Source: Takakia lepidozioides
Taxonomy: Eukaryota; Plantae; Bryophyta
Assembly: GCA_030704615.1 (NCBI GenBank)
Contig: CM060732.1
Coordinates: 70,928,001 to 70,992,000 of the forward strand
DNA length: 64,000 nucleotides
Direction: 5' to 3'
Below the pieces are notes generated by a model. That model saw only the letters and a list, made by a program, of their open reading frames with translations. It was not told where the DNA came from and did no database searches. Made by a program: the position numbers and the translations under genes. How positions within the stretch are numbered: position 1 is the first letter of the stretch; each line of letters starts with the position of its first letter. Below, piece after piece: positions 61,739 to 64,000 of this stretch.

Positions 61739-62784
61739 TAATACTTAACACTTGCTTTGTAATATCTTGGGGAACAGGAATCAGACATTCAATCATTTTT
61801 AATAAAGTTCTCAAGGGCTACCTCCCCTTTCTCTAAATTGTTTTTAAAAAAAAATTCAGACAAAATTTCAGGTCGGAAGGCGCCCATGATTGGACCGTTC
61901 ATTGTGGTCAGTTTAGAAAAGCTGCTAAAAAAAGTGGTACTTGAGCATTCACAGACATACTCGAGCATTCTGCTACCTACTATTTTGGCCTCCTTCTAAT
62001 AGGAGAACAAAGTATTTGGAGTTTATAAAAAAAGAAAAAAAAAGAATGTAAGTATTTAATGGAAGCATGCAATTTGACGGTATTTTTGCGGGTCTTCACG
62101 GGCCCCGTCAAATCCTCCCACTCCCTCTTACACCCGACTCACTATTAAAGATTTTAGATTGCCATTGGTTGTTTTGTAGCTACAGGTAGTCTGCTACTAA
62201 GGCAATGGTGATAGAAGTTATGAGGTGCAGGCTTTTATTCTTGTCGGATTGCTATGTTACCCCGGTCCGTGTAACTCCGGTTTAGGGTTCACTTTAATTT
62301 GTGATATAGCAATTGGTAAATTTTGCGACACCATGTGACACCCCCTTCCATGTTGCTCCAGTATCACTCCAACTACTAGTATTACTCTGGTGATGGCACC
62401 TCGTTCTGTCTCACTTTGGTGTCACCCCTAATTTGTGCCACTCTCAAGAGGGGGTGGGGAAGATTTGACAGGGAGAAAACCATCGTCTGGGCGTTAGTTG
62501 GGGGCAAACGTGGTAGCGACTCTTTACATTGCTGGTTGTTAATCAGCTCCAACACCATCATCACTGAACCGAAGAATTTGGAGTTGATGGAGAGTCCAAT
62601 TGCTCACAATTGGAAATTGATTCTAGGGGAAAACCATTAAAGAGCGCAAGTATACTAAATCATATCGTACCATAGACGAAAAGCGCTGAAACGACTACCT
62701 TTGAATCGAATATGTCAAGGATCAATTAACCATTCGATGGTATTGTTCTGCAACGGTCGAAGCAACCCAACATGAGATCCTCCA

Positions 62785-63705
62785 TGTCGTGCGCACACAT
62801 ATCGTTACACAACTACATCGCTGTCCAAAACTACACAACACATGTGCACGCCACACACTAGTATATCACTAGTCCACCACTAGTCCGGCCACTAGTCCAA
62901 CCACTAGGCTACAACTGGTCAGTCACTAGGCTGCCACTATGCTGCCCACTATGGCAGTCACTAGTCCACACAATCGCCCCCCTAGCTGGTGCTTAGGTCT
63001 CTCTAAGTCCAGGTAGCCACAAGATGTGATAGTGACCATAGCCTCACTAAGTGCTCTACCACTATCCCTACTACACTCAAACTCGATAGATCAAGAGGCC
63101 GGGTGCAAGAGTTGCCCCATCGTTAGTCGCCGTCTTGCAACCTGTGAACTTGAGCTTGGGATCTCATGTATTGACTCCTATGAGCTTGGCCTCCCATGTC
63201 TTGTTAGCTGCCTCCAGTCATGTCCACTACCACTATCCCAAGCAGTGTGGACACAACCAATCTCCGTCAGGAACCTTCTCAAGAGGTGGTGTCAAGCATC
63301 CCATATGCCAACCCCTTGAGCATCGATCACACACCAGCATGGTGGCTGCCCCTTTGGCAGACCCACAGAGCATGCACCTCAAACCTGCAGGTACCACTGC
63401 CAAGTTTGGGTCAACTCTGCCATCGACATTGGGAAGGTGACATGGCACACAATTACGCACATGGTCCTTCCAAGTCATGCCATCCCGACCCTCCAATATC
63501 AGGACCCCTGAGGGCGACACCTCTCGAACCCTCAGAATAACATGCCCTGCAGTAACATCCAGAAGTCGTAAGAGTAGTCTGCTACAAATAAACATAGTCA
63601 CCAGGGCTAAACCTCTGAACCCTAGGACGATATCCTCCACCACGTATAGTGGCATACCTCAACGTATCACGGTGCTGTGCAATGGCAAGGTTCTCAAAAA
63701 CCATG
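62785..63705 (-). mobile_element. 3' end of a Ty3/Gypsy-like element: integrase C-terminus with a PHD finger, possible PPT and short LTR
   Basis: NLAIAQHRDTLRYATIRGGGY..FSPGDYVYL, then (frameshift) ..CMLC......MLVCDRCSRGWHMGCLTPPLEKVPDGDWLCPHC (C4HC3 PHD). Purine run AGGGGGCGAT precedes TG at 62972; LTR limits are tentative. Confidence 0.75.
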
Positions 63706-64000
63706 TGTCGCGGCCCTTTGCCTTGAGGGCAGGGGGTCGGGACACATGAGGGGCTGCCCCTGTGGTGGGGGCAGCGGCAGCGATAGGTATGGGGGGGCTG
63801 AAGCACCCTTGAGTGCCCAAGGCACTCAAGGAGGCGGAGGCGCTCACTAGGTGGAGCCCCGCACACCGGGTTGCGGTGGAGGTGGCTCCACAAGGGGTGG
63901 TGGTAGCTTAGTGGGACTTAGTGGGGGTGGCATAGGACTCACCATGGGGTGGAGACCTCGAGGTGGGAGTCGTGGGGAGTCTTGGGACTCATCACGGTCC
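63706..64000 (+). mobile_element. LTR (family of 20127-20852) inserted into the PHD-Gypsy integrase; runs off the window
   Basis: TGTCGCGGCCCTTTGCCTTGAGGG.. is near-identical to 20127-20421. Confidence 0.9.

Noticed and set aside
1-64000. tRNA, rRNA or other structured RNA genes
   Set aside because: None recognised by eye; the TGGTATCAG(AGC) matches are retrotransposon primer-binding sites. A tRNAscan-SE/Infernal run would be needed to exclude them.

Overview
Eukaryotic nuclear DNA from a land plant, probably a non-seed lineage (inferred from a PLS-type PPR relic and the RTEX-like, DIRS-like and PHD-Gypsy elements). Three apparently intact host genes: a multi-exon glutaminyl-tRNA synthetase (minus strand, 13140 to beyond the window start), a 12-exon NAP1 nucleosome assembly protein (38343-44729, +) and a single-exon UND/U-box/ARM E3 ligase (45267-47222, -). 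The rest is a dense, well-resolved transposon landscape. It includes about 11 copies of one LINE family that appears to favour TC/GA-rich sites, and a 2.4 kb inversion that cut a solo LTR in two. There is also a rearranged partial copy of GlnRS fused to a PRP6 fragment, nested Tc1/pogo elements, a non-autonomous Copia carrying a tyrosine-recombinase fragment, and a PHD-finger Gypsy integrase tail. The most striking item is a complete 12.2 kb Mutator-like element (48816-60993) with ~0.4 kb TIRs and a perfect 9 bp TSD. It encodes a SWIM-type transposase resembling the host AT1G60560/AT4G13970 family and, convergently, a multi-ORF cargo ending in a Ulp1/C48 protease, and it is saturated with a CAGACT/AGTCTG motif. 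All family assignments come from motif recognition by eye; no database searches were run.
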